A stretch of 64,000 bases of DNA from Microthyrium microscopicum. Its lineage: Eukaryota. Under the pieces are notes generated by a model. It did no database searches and had not been told where the DNA came from. It saw nothing but the letters and a program-made list of their open reading frames with translations. Position numbers and translations under genes: made by a program. The stretch covers positions 696,538 to 760,537 of the forward strand of contig MU004235.1 in NCBI GenBank assembly GCA_010405405.1, read 5' to 3'. How positions within the stretch are numbered: the stretch's first letter is position 1; every line of letters begins with the position of its first letter. Positions 13,201 to 25,532 of the stretch are shown here, piece by piece.

Positions 13201-15730
13201 TTCCAAAATCTTACCCTCTCGGATGAGCACCACAAAGTCGGCTTCTTGTAGGATAGGAATAGAATTTGTTGCCAAGATTCTGGTTTTTCCACCAAGTAGA
13301 CCCTTTGCACCGAGGACATGAGTGATAATGTGTCTTCCAACATGTTGATCGACTGCCGAGAGCACATCATCCAACAGGTAGATATCAGCACGCGCATAGA
13401 CCGCTCTTGCAAGTGATACACGAGCTTTTTGTCCTCCAGAAAGCGATATTCCTCGCTCGCCAACCAACGTATTATCCCCATCAGGTAGCTGGCTTATATC
13501 GTCCGGCAAAGCGCAAGCCTTGATAGTCTGCTCATAGAATACCGGGTCAAATCGGTGACCAAAGAGCACATTTTCCTTCACCGAGGCGTTCATGATCCAT
13601 GGGGACTGGGCAACATATGCGGTTTTGCCTCTAAGTGTAACCTCACCCTTCACTTTCCAAAGATCTCCCAACAGACACTGAAGCAGTGAAGACTTTCCTG
13701 AGCCCACGCGCCCCACGATACAGCTAAGTTCTCCTTTGCTAGCGGAAAAGTTGATGTCTTCCAACGCATTGCGGCTTTCAGCCTTGTTCCAAGTAAAAGT
13801 AGCATCTCTGATTCGCACAGACTCTTCACCGGCATCATTGACCGAATCTTCGATACGAACGGCATTTAGTTGAAGTTCTTCCGCGATCAAGAATTCTGTG
13901 ATTCTTTCCACTGCCACTAGCGCTTCAACGACTGAAGTGATGACCATAGGAAGGACTTGAAGCGGGAAGGTCAAGAGATTGAATAGAGCCAGCGCTGGGA
14001 ACACAATATCCACACTCAAGGGCTTGTCTTGCGTGAGCACAAAAATAGCAAAAGTCGCGCACGAAACAAAGAAAGGCGTTGTAGACCAGGTGAAGTTGGC
14101 AAATGATTGAGTCGCTCCGATTTTTCGTAAAGTGTTCAGTTCCAAGTCATTCCTGACGTGGTTCAGCTTGTTCATGAACGCTGTGGTCCATGCATAGAGT
14201 TTGATAGATTTCATGTTATTTAGAATCTCGGTCATCAATCTCGTTCGCATATCCTTGTTCTTCATCTGCTTCTTCTGCAAAGTTTTCATGAACTTGGAGA
14301 TGACACCGTTCACCGGGATCATGACAACCATGATGGCAACACCCGCAAACATGCTGACTCCGACAAGTTGATACAGAGAAACCATGCAAAGTACGATCTG
14401 GAAAGGTGCTGACCATCCTTGTTGGAGAAATTGCATGAGATCTTGCAGGCGTTGCGCGTCAACCGCCATGTAATTGACGATATCTCCAGTGGTTTTGGAT
14501 GCCCGGCCTTCGTTTGAGAGTCGCATAGATTTCTGATAGATCGCTCCAGTGAGACCAGATCTCACTCTCATCCCTGTTTCGAAGGCTCGCTGGAAGTATT
14601 GATGCAAACAAGCTGTTTGTGTAACGGAAATTGCGAACATGACCAAGGAGATAGCCATTCCTCGGGCTAGTGGCTGAGATGATTCTGTATGGTATGATGC
14701 AACAAAGGTGATGAGCAACCTCAGGAATTGCGGCTGCAGGAATTGCAGCACATCACTGGGAATCTTGACAATCGCACCACGGAGATAAGGCATTCCATAT
14801 GCTTTCGCCAGCGCGATCCAAAGTCTCGGGTGTTTTCTAGCCAGCTCATAGTCCCAGGCCTCATTGAACGATATGCCGGTTTGCTTTGCCTGATCGCGTT
14901 GGCGCAAGTTCCACAGGTCATCCTGAGTTAGGAAATGATGATAACCCGCTTTCATCAATGGAGACATCCATCCAAAGGTAATGATCGAGAACACGTCTGC
15001 ATACTCGTAGGGGCATTCGAATTCGTCTCCAAGAGCATCGTACGCGCTCAGTTTCTTTGGAACGAAATACTCCAGGACAAATTCCGACACAGCAAGACCA
15101 AATCCGACGCAGAACGTGATGAAGTAGGCCACATGTGTGTGTGCCATGTCCTGAGCCACCAGAGACCGCAATTTCACACCCAGCGCAATGATGAGAAACA
15201 GCCAGTAGAACAGAGCTACACCATTTGGGTTCCGCAAACGCCAATGTTCTTGATATTGTATTACGAAGATGAAGCCCGTAGCGACGATGGTGAGGATAGT
15301 TGACCAAAATCGAAAGTCACCAAAGACTAGTTCGCGATAATACTCCACCTGAATGGCAGCTTGGAGGGCAAGATTGGCAATATAGGCTCCTAGAACGATC
15401 TGAACAATGTTAGCCTAGAGTAAGTGTTTCAAACGCAGGAGTACTAACGAGTTTGGCATAGAAGTGCCAGTTCTTCCCCACTGGTTGGGGAGGGCATTTC
15501 TTGTGAAGGTAGTAGAGAGCGCCCACTCCAAAGATGATACCAAAAAGGGCGACAATTGAGACCCAAACATCAAGAAAACATGGGGTAAAGTCCCAGCGAA
15601 AGGGACTCAGAGGTCCCCATCCTTCTATATCATGGCAAAGAGGCTGGCTTTCGAAGACTATGGGCTGCAGAACCTCGAAATCAGGGAAAACGCCAGAAAA
15701 CTGCAGAGGCTGCTGAGGGGGAGGTATCAT
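10205..15730 (-). CDS. YCF1: ABCC/MRP-type vacuolar glutathione-conjugate/metal-resistance ABC transporter (Ycf1-like), multi-exon
   Basis: TMD0 ([17 protein letters not shown]), NBD1 ([29 protein letters not shown]), linker [15 protein letters not shown]2 ([32 protein letters not shown]). Example introns: 15448-15400, 12731 donor, 10688-10448. Confidence 0.93.
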
Positions 15731-16708
15731 TGAAGATATCAGACAGGCGAAAGCGGTGAGAGGACAACAACTGGTTCGATTGGGTGGCTAAGATGGGGAG
15801 GAAGAGCGTAAGGGTAGATCTAGAGCAAGCGAGATTTCCAGAAGATTGAATTGAAAGAACCCGGAGAATTGCTGTCAGCGGTGTTGAGATGATATGTAGA
15901 GAAAAAGAGAGGTCGGAGGGACAGTACTCGAAACAAAAAGTTTAGAGGATTGGTGATCAATGCTGGTTGGCTGAGACGGGTTGTGCCGTCATCGCATGGC
16001 TTGTAGGTAACGCACAGGGCGCAGAGAAAGGTCGCAAGCTTGACGCGTGAGTTCTCTACTGAGATTGAAGAGAAAGAGAGGGATATATCGATGTATGTCG
16101 ATTGTAGAAAAGGAGATGGAAGTCGAAATTTTGACCCACGATATTGCGAAGTACAGTAATAGCAACTGATGGAAAGGAAGCTGCAGCCAGCAAGTCGCGA
16201 CTGCCTGACACCTATGCAAACCAAAGCTCCTGCCCCTCCGGACTTAAGAGCAAGTGCCATGTTTAGCCTTATGCGGTTAGGAACTGCCGATTCTCGCATC
16301 GTGCTAGTTAAGGAAACAGTAGCCGACCTCAACATCATGACATCAAGATTTTGGTCTCGAATCTTTGAGAGTCAAAAGAGGTTGTAGTACAAAGCATCGT
16401 GTATCAAACAAAAAGCTCTTCAGCCTTATACGCATCCGAGTAACTTTATATAGCTTGAGCAAATCAATGCGCGTCGTGCTGTCAAGCTCTCAAGGCGTGC
16501 TAACAGGTACTACTGCGAACTACTCGTGTGCGAAACGATCTGAGATCTCAAGTATTGGAGCCAATCAAGAATGCGGTATATTTAATTGTACCTGGTAACC
16601 ATCAAATTGGAATCGGGATACTTGATCAACCCTTCTTCATTGCTTTTTTAGCATTTGGTGGGCAACTTGGCAACCTTTAGTATTTACAGGTCTTTCCCAA
16701 GCAAAGTA

Positions 16709-17040
16709 CCGTAAGAAAACGTCGAATTGAGCAAATACTGTGGCTGCAGAAAGAGGGCGTTTTATGGCTTTTATAGCGTTTTCTACACTTCATATTTTGT
16801 TCCCATTTTCTACCATTCTCTTTACTATCTACCTAGAAAAATGCTTCAAATTTATATAATATAATTCTAATAATAGACTCACAAGGCTTAACTCCTTTAC
16901 TCGTCAAAAAAGCTTTAAGAATTGCTGTTTTGATATAATAAAACTATAATGCTCCATTTGTGGCTTAAAACCCTGACGCCACCATGAATTTACAGGGCTC
17001 GATTGGAGAAGCATTTGCTCATTTCGACGTTTTCTTACGG
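16709..17040. mobile_element. MITE (Tc1/mariner-pogo type), 332 bp
   Basis: TA|CCGTAAGAAAACGTCGAATTGAGCAAATAC ... GCATTTGCTCATTTCGACGTTTTCTTACGG|TA: ~30-bp TIRs with 2 mismatches, TA duplication (16707-8, 17041-2), AT-rich non-coding interior. Confidence 0.88.
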
Positions 17041-17370
17041 TAGATCTGTCGCGTGCACGCGCTTAGAAGCGTCATCGATCGTCTTGCTTGTCCATACGGA
17101 GTAAGCTCCAGACAGATCCAAACCCTTTTGACCCTTCGCTCCATGAGGTTGAACATACAAAATGCACCTTTTCAATACATTAATAATTGGTCTTCCTGCC
17201 TTGACACGCCAGGATTCCACCTCTTCTTGCTTTTAAATCCTCCCATAGCCCTGTCTATGACGAATTAACGTGCCCACGCACCAGCCATATCATCTCTAAT
17301 ATACCCCTGAACTCAACCGTATCAAACACATCTATTGCTTTCTACCAGTACCTGCCGGTTTGATCTTTAC

Positions 17371-19367
17371 ATGTGGAAAGCGTGTTTTATGCAAACAAGC
17401 TTGGTATCTCGAAGCTCTATCACATCACGACAGTCCCGGACAATTGCAACAACTACCAAATCCTACTACGCTCCTATCACCATTAGCGCAATGGCTCTCA
17501 AGCGCAAAGCGGCGACGAGCGTCAGCTTTACCGCGAGCAAGTCAAGCAAGACTTCCGCCGCATCTCAAGCTTCATCCTCCAAATCTGAGCAACCAGTGAA
17601 CGGCAACGCTCGCCATGACGCCAACTCGATCATCGACCGCCGATTCTATCCTCCTCCAATGACCAACGAGCGATGCGAACAATACAAAAGCGGCGAGATA
17701 CCGCGGCCGCTTGAAACTCTCCACGATATCATTCGAGATACAAAGCAAGCGCGAGACCAAGTGAAGCCAGGAAAAGCTGTTCTTCATTGGTACAAGCGCG
17801 ATCTTAGACTTTTTGATAATCGAGGATTGAGCATGGCCGCAGACAAGGCAAAGTCAGCCAACATTCCGCTCATTTGCTTGTATATTGTCAGCCCACAAGA
17901 CTATCAAGCGCATTTCACAAGTCCTGCGCGCGTGGATTTCGAGCTCCGAACTTTGGAGGTTATGAAAAAAGATCTTGACGCGCTGGATATTCCACTAGTG
18001 GTGGAGAGCATTGATCGACGCAAGGCCGTACCTGGCTTCATCCTTGACCTATGCGAGAAACATCAGATCCGCCATATCTACTGCAACATTGAATACGAAG
18101 TTGACGAACTGCGGCGGGAAGCCATGCTCATAAATAAATGTTTGGATAAGGATATATCGTTTACACCTGTCCACGACGATGTCATCGTTGCGCCTGGAAG
18201 TCTTGAAACGGGAACAGGTAATCAGTACGCCGTTTATACGCCATGGTTTCGATCATGGGTAAAACATGTTACTCAAAATCCAGACCTATTAGAACCATCA
18301 GAGAAGCCCGGCAAAAACCCATCTGGTGCGCGCAATGCACTCAAGGCACTATTTGAACGATCTATTCCTCCAGCGCCTGCGAACAAATTACTTTCAAAAG
18401 AGGAGAAGAAGCGTATGGCTGAACTTTGGCCTGCGGGTGAGCATGAAGCCAATTTGCGATTGAACAAGTTTATCAAAGAAAGAATTGAAGGCTACTCAGA
18501 CAATCGCAATATCCCAGCTGGTACAACTACATCCGTGTTGAGCGTGCACCACTCCACTGGCACGTTAGCAGCTCGCACTAGTGTGCGAGTCGCTCGCAAT
18601 GTTAACACTAGGCAATATCTCAATGATGGTAAGAAGGGTATATCTACCTGGATTTCGGAAGTTGCTTGGCGGGACTTTTACAAACACGTTCTGGCCCATT
18701 GGCCATACGTTTGTATGTATATGCCGTTCAAACACGAGTACTCTCTCATCGAATGGGAATACAACGATGAGCATTTCGAGCTGTGGACGGATGGGATGAC
18801 TGGATTTCCAATAGGTCAGTCGCTCTATATGCATTTCTTTGAAGGCTATTACTAACTTGCTGCCATTAGTCGATGCGGCAATGAGACAACTAAAGTCGAT
18901 GAAGTATATGCATAATCGCTGTCGAATGATCGTAGCCAGTTTTCTAGCAAAAGACCTTCTGTTAGACTGGCGACTGGGAGAAAAATACTTCATGTAAGAA
19001 CAACTGCGCTCTTGCCAACTTGAGCTAATTACCGTCTTACAGGGAACAATTGATCGACGGCGACTTTGCCTCTAACAATGGTGGATGGGGCTTCAGTGCA
19101 AGCACAGGTGTAGATCCGCAGCCGTACTTCCGCATCTTCAATCCATTGTTGCAAAGCGAAAAGTTTGATCCAGATGGCGAATATATTCGCAAGTGGGTTC
19201 CAGAGCTGAAAGATGTCCAAGGCAAAGCGATTCACGATCCATATGGTCGCGGTGCGAACAAAATCGCAGCCAAGAGCGGATATCCCAAGCCTATCGTTGA
19301 GCATAAGCAATGCCGGGAGCGCGCACTTTCGAGATACAAGGCTGGCTTAGGGAAAGACACGTCTTAA
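17371..19367 (+). CDS. PHR1: Class I CPD DNA photolyase; introns 18815-18869 and 18994-19042
   Basis: [56 protein letters not shown]...[35 protein letters not shown]...[11 protein letters not shown]. Both introns have GT..CTAAY..AG and restore frame. Start codon is 17371, 17389 or 17491. Confidence 0.95.
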
Positions 19368-19513
19368 TTCTGAATTCGAACTCATTGGAAAAGAAAAAAA
19401 CCGGACTTGTCCATTAATATACCATAATTCAAACTCCCTGCTGAAAAATCCTGTTCCTCTTATATACTTCGTATTAATCATCATCGAACAAAGGAAACGC
19501 AGCCGCAACCTCC

Positions 19514-20210
19514 TCATTGTTGGCATGGAAATCGGATCGTTCTTTCTGGTGCTGGAATGAGATTTGCTGGCTTTCCTGGATGGTACTCGAAGGTCAGGTG
19601 TAGGAAGACTTCTTTGGGATCGTCGGCTTCGTTTTGCATCTCGAGGATCATGGACATCTTATCTTCCTTTGACAGGTAGTAGCCGGTACTTGCTGCCTTG
19701 CTGAACAGCACACTTCTTCCGGAACTGCTGTTTGAGCTCCCCTTTGTGTACAAGATGCGCTGTCCGAGAGAATAATCTGGACACACGACGTCGACTTTGC
19801 CTTGGCCTTCAACCGATAGTGTCAGACCTTCCATATAAGCGCCAGTATCGGCTGTTGCACGACTACCGTCACGGTTGACGAGCGATGCAGAGACATATTT
19901 GAGGACGCAATCAGAGCATGGCTTGGTAACGTTCTTGTGCCAGTGGACTTCGTAGATGGAGTCTTCCGTTGCGTTTTCGTCATAGGCCGGGACTCCATAT
20001 GGGCCGAACTTGACTAGTACTCTTGTCGACCTAGGACTCTCTGCCGTGCGGAATTCAGGCGCTATTTTTACGATTCGAACATTTCCTATCAATCTGTTAG
20101 CATCGACACACCCTTATTCCACGAGACCATTCCTACTCACCATATTTGATAGCGGAAGTGACACCAGTGAACGCCGCCAGGGCAGTCAAAGAAAGCAATT
20201 GATATTTCAT
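19514..20210 (-). CDS. Small secreted protein of unknown function; exons 20210-20141 and 20085-19514
   Basis: Exon 1 encodes a signal peptide MKYQLLSLTALAAFTGVTSA. GTGAGT...GCTAAC...TAG intron joins it in frame to ORF 19514..20092 (KFGPYGVP, KPCSDC). Confidence 0.8.
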
Positions 20211-21910
20211 AGTGAGTGACTTGGTAATAAAATGAGCGACTAAGTGGTGAACGAGTGACAACAATACTTTTCAATGAACATAGAAGAAATTACGCAAGAG
20301 CCTAGAAAGTTGGCACCCAAGCCGGCCGCTCACGATTTATTATAACTGAGAAATGTCCTAACATGCGCCCCCAGCAACGCTTACGCCGTCGAAAAAAACC
20401 AACCATCCGGTAAGACAGCATTATCAGACAATCAATATAGACAAGATTTTCCTCACCGCACCGCTCGGGGCTATCGCTCGCAGACCACTCACGCAATCGA
20501 TCATAGATTTACCACGCGTGCCTTGCAGAGGTCATATAGAGCCGCACGAAATAGAGCGAAAATCCTCCGTGGAGATTAAGCCTCAGCGGCGAAGAGCAAC
20601 TTGCTGTCTTCGCCGCGGTCTTTGAGGCGCAAATGTCTCTGTACATGAATTCTGATTGGATATTGCCCTGGCCAGCAAGAACTGTGTTGGGCAATAAAGT
20701 CATATACGTATATGAAGTCAAGCCCAGGACCCAGGGCATTGCAGCGATGGGTTTAAAATTGGACCGCTACCTTGACTGGCAGTGTTTAATACTTAATCTT
20801 GCAGCAGAAATAACTATGGCATGCATGTATCTCGCATCGTCTTCTTCTCGTATCTACTTGCTAAATGAACTCATATGCATCAAAATTCAACACAGTGTTG
20901 GCCAAGATACCATATCGCAGCATATACGGGCTATAACCACACGGTCAGTCGGCAATCGTTATACTCTTTGCCAAACCGTGCCACCAGCTTGTTCGTATCG
21001 TAGTCTCTGCAATCTCATTCGGACGTAGAATCCTCTGCTTCCCCGGGTAGACGCCGCGCCGCTAGTGAGCCCAAAAACAGGATTCTCCAATTCCAGATCG
21101 CTGATTTCCCATCGACGGCATAGCAGATGGGCTGGGCAAAAGTGTTTCACAATTCTCCATTGGGTGACTGTGACCAGACTCCCTGGCCATCACGCTGGAT
21201 TCATCACATTACGACGCCAGCAAGGGTATTGTCACAGTCTCTTTGATTGTGTGAGGACATTTTGTCTGATATGCAACCTGGGCACAACGCGATGAGTACC
21301 CATGTCCAGTGCCCAATGCCCAGGAGATCATCAGATTGATATATTATGTTCCGACAAGCGGGCTGCCAGAATCTCTGCGGGCATTGTTCTCCGCAATTGG
21401 TTATCTAGATTTCCTGGGCAATGTAGGGGGAACGGTTATTTCCAGATGGTTCACCCATTTGTAAGCTTATTCTCGAAGACATGATCTCGTATTTCAAACC
21501 AGTCCGCTGTCCAATATACTCGTAGGCTTGTAGTAAAGGTAGTCACTTAGCACTTATACACTGCAGTCATATCATGATCTTGAACTCTTGAGCTAGCGTT
21601 TTACTTTTCAGCTGAGGTGCTTTCGCAACGTGATAAGTATACTAAACGTAGAATCGGATCTTTTTTGGCTCGACCAATTCATCTCAATCCATGGTGATAC
21701 AATGCATAATACGGCCGATCCGCGCAGGTATACGCTCCTGCATCAGGTAACAGAGGCGACCCACTTGCCTAAAAGATATAAGCAAAGTAGAGATACATCC
21801 CAAGAGCTTGACATGTCAATGAGTAGTTTAACATTCAAACTATAGAGTTACAAATCTATAGCACAAATATAACATTAGAATTTTGTTTAACGCCGAGCCG
21901 TACGGTATTC

Positions 21911-23636
21911 CTAAACCACAGCAGATGCAACAGCACGGGCTCCGATAAGATGGTTTTCATCGGTACTCGACGACTTGGTGTGTGCCATTTCGACACTGTC
22001 TTGTTCATCCTTAACTCTCCCCTCGTTCAATCGGCTTTTCTGTATCATCAGACTTGCCAATAGTCCAAGACAAGAAGCCACACAGCAAAGAACCCATACC
22101 CAACTCATAGCAGATGTTTTCGCTTGACGAACCCATGCCAGTGCTTCGGTATTGGTGGCGTCTGCATTGTGAGATCCAGAGATTGTAGCACCACTCGTCA
22201 GCAAATCAAGATATTTGTCTGGAAGTCCAAGAGACGCCAACCGTTTTCGCTGGTCTCCGATCCCACTTTGAAAGGCGACTTGACATAACGCAATTCCTAG
22301 CGCTCCACTTAGCATCCGTATGAAACCAAATGTTGCGGTTCCAGCCGCAATATCTTTCTCCTGAAGATTTTTCTGGAGAGCGAGTAGTGGTGCATGAAAG
22401 TTTGGTCCAAATCCTATGCCAATGATAATCAAGAACGGGATGAGGCGCGCCAGATCCATGTGGGCTGGCAAATCAACTAAGAGACCTGTTCCGAGAGTCA
22501 TCAGGAGCAATCCACCTCGTAGGAGCTCCAAAAATCGTCCTGTTCGTTGCATGATCCAGCCTGCAGAAGCAGAGAACAAGGCCAGTGGCACTGCCAAGGG
22601 CAGCATGAGAACGCCAGAGCGGGTTGGAGAAGAGTCCAGGACACTTTGATAGTATAGGGGTAGGAAGTATGCCACGGAGTTGAAAACAAAACCATCGAAG
22701 AATGTTACTGTGAGGGCCGATAAGTTGGAACGATTGGAAAAGATGTGGAACGGCATAATTGGCGATGCCGATACTCGGGCTTGAGCAACAAAAAACAGGA
22801 TGAAGGTCAAGATACCAAAGAGCAAAAGGCAAACAACGGTTGCTGAAGACCATGGATATGTGACGCCTCCAAATTGGAGGCCGAGCAGGAACATGACCGT
22901 TGCGCCTGCGATGGTGATTGCACCGAGCCAATCGATCCCAATGATTCCGTTCCAGAACGGAGTTGGGGTGTTGTGAATCCGAAGGCAAGTGATGATCAAG
23001 AGCACCACAAGCGCGTCAATTGGCACTGGAAATATTAGGTTTCGGTTTCCAACAGTATATGAAGCGTTGTCACTTACAATTGATCCAAAAACACCATCGC
23101 CAATTCAGCTGTTGAGTCAAGATTCCACCAAGGACAGGTCCGAGGGCACTGGAAATGGCCCAAACTCCTCCGATGATCCCGAGCATAAGACCTCGTAATC
23201 TAGAATTGTTAGCCGGTTGACAATCTAGAATGGAATTGTCATACCTCTCTGCAAACAGGTCGCTGACGCAGATGTTTACTGACACGCCGATGCCACCGCC
23301 ACCAAGACCTTGGATGGCGCGTCCAGCAATGAGCATGCCGAGATTTCGAGAAGTTGCTGACATGATGCTGCCAGCTAGAAAGAAGGCATTCGCAAGTAAT
23401 AGTACAGGCTTTCTGCCAAATACATTGGAAAAGGTGCCCCATGCTGGGATTCCGCAACAGTTGGTGAGCAAATAGGCTGATCCTACCCAGGCATAACCCG
23501 AGTCTGAGATGTTGAAGTCCGCTGCAATTGAAGGAAGAGCAGTAGTGATTATTACGGTATCCAAGCTGACAAGGAATATAGCAATGCAGAGTGCAATCAT
23601 CACAATAATGTGATTACGGGGTATTTTGTCGTCCAT
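21911..23636 (-). CDS. MFS drug:H+ antiporter (DHA2-type, 14 TMS); start may lie further upstream
   Basis: LDTVIITTALPSIA..F, YAWVGSAYLL, SNVFGRKPVLL, LIAGRAIQGLGGGG, LGPVLGG...WRWCFWIN|LPI, IDWLGA, YFLPLYYQ. Introns 23244-23200 and about 23076-23027. Confidence 0.9.
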
Positions 23637-25532
23637 GATGTCAGATTGCTCGCGTCGAATGTGTAGATAGGAAGCTTGAGATCGCAATGGCTTAAAACAT
23701 TCTTCAGAATCAGAGCGATTATGGTGTGGATAGGTGAAGAAGCCGTGGTGGACGTCAGATATCCAGTGACGGCGGTGGGCGGGATAGATGGAGGTGGGGA
23801 TAGCCAACAGACTGGTGATGCATGTGAGGGGAGAAGGAGATGGTGCCATAACTGGTGATAGGTATCTGAAGCTGGCAGTAGCAGGTGGGGAGCTCTTGCC
23901 TTCGGCGCTGATTGTGTTTTGCAATTAGACGATTGGCAGGAGCGACGGTCGGTTTGTGTTTGTACCTGCCGTTCTTTCTACATGTAGAAGGAGATATCCA
24001 GGATCCAGCGTCTAGCCGCCTCGCGACTTCCCCCAGCCAGTATCCTCCTACTCGATCTACTCAACAACTCGTCGACGGATCAATCAATCTCTTTCTGGTG
24101 TACACAGCGTGCATTCATATCCAGGCGGTGAAGTATTTCCAGCCCATCAACAAGTTGACAGATCAATCGGCACGCTTCCTTCTACCTGCCGGCTCCCATC
24201 CACTACCTTTTGTGTTGAATGGTCTCTGAGGCTGTTAACACTACTACAATATAGACAGCGAGTAAGCATATAGGGACAACAAGTACCTGCTGCTGATAAG
24301 CAATAGGAGGCACCACCTTATGGGAGCACCTCTTTTTTAGTCTGTCTCGTGGTTGCGGTCTATTGGAGACGTGCGATAAAGATTCGCTACTTCTTTGGAG
24401 TTGACTGCAACAATTGCAAGCGCCAGTGCGAGGGTGACAAATTGTTGTTGTAATGTGCTGTAGATCTAAGATAGGCAAGATGTTGTTGTAGGTTTTGCGC
24501 TCCGTTTGCGAGATTCGAAATAACAACGCAGTGTCAATTGACTTGAGCAAATGATTGTTGCTCTGTTATGACCAAATGGGTACTCCCGCGGTTCTACCCT
24601 GCGGATAAATGGCTGGTACAACTTTTGACCTCCACATCCTCACGCATACTTCTATTACGGGGCGTACGAGAATGATCTCCGACATATTGACCTAGTCTGA
24701 AGGTGGCGCACCCGGACGATAAGGTAAGACAACTCGAGATTTTGAGGAGCACGATACTAGAACTGCTATAGCAAGAAACGGGCGAGTGCAGCGTACAAGT
24801 ATGTACCCCTGTGTCTGGGATTACATGGCTTAGCTGAATTGGAGATTTGTGTCACCATTTCGACGGTCTTGTGTTCTCGCCGATTGCTTTGCGATCATCG
24901 ATATTTTGCTATTGGCCAGTGCGATGAACTTTGTGTCTACTCATGTCAAATGTTGTGCATGAGACACAGATGCCAGGTGGTCTTTGCACACGCTCTTCGA
25001 CTGACTTGAAGCATATGAAGTTGGACTGCTATCTAGGAGAGTCAGCGCAACTGTTCTGAAATCTGGGTCTTCAGCGACACTAGACAATATAATCGTGCAA
25101 AGATTCCCGACATCCGACGGATCTAGATTTGTACATTTATTCATTGTCCAATCGAATCATAGTTCCACAATAGTGCCCCCTTCAAACGTCTGTACTGCTT
25201 GTAAAGTTGTGGTATCTGCAGATTCAATGTATCATCTGTACTACGTACCGAACTCTGCCGTAATCGCTGCAGTGAAAATGAGCGTATGCAAAGAGACTTG
25301 AGAGCCATGCGGAATTTTTCTCTCTACGATAACTTCATCTCATTTCTCCTTGCAGTACTCGGAGACGAGTTCGGATTGCCGGGGATAGCTAGCGGTCACA
25401 CAAGGTTTGCCCAGAGATCTGTAGAGTAGTTGAAGGGGTTTGGTTAATACTTTATTGAAACATCAATCAATGCGGCATTCAATCACCCCTGATCATGCTT
25501 CACTGACAATCGGTACATATCGGCGCGGTCAA

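Noticed and set aside
23637..23924. N-terminal extension of the DHA2 MFS ORF
   Set aside because: Begins at a TTG and shows no transporter similarity; the true start cannot be fixed, so it was left out of the call.
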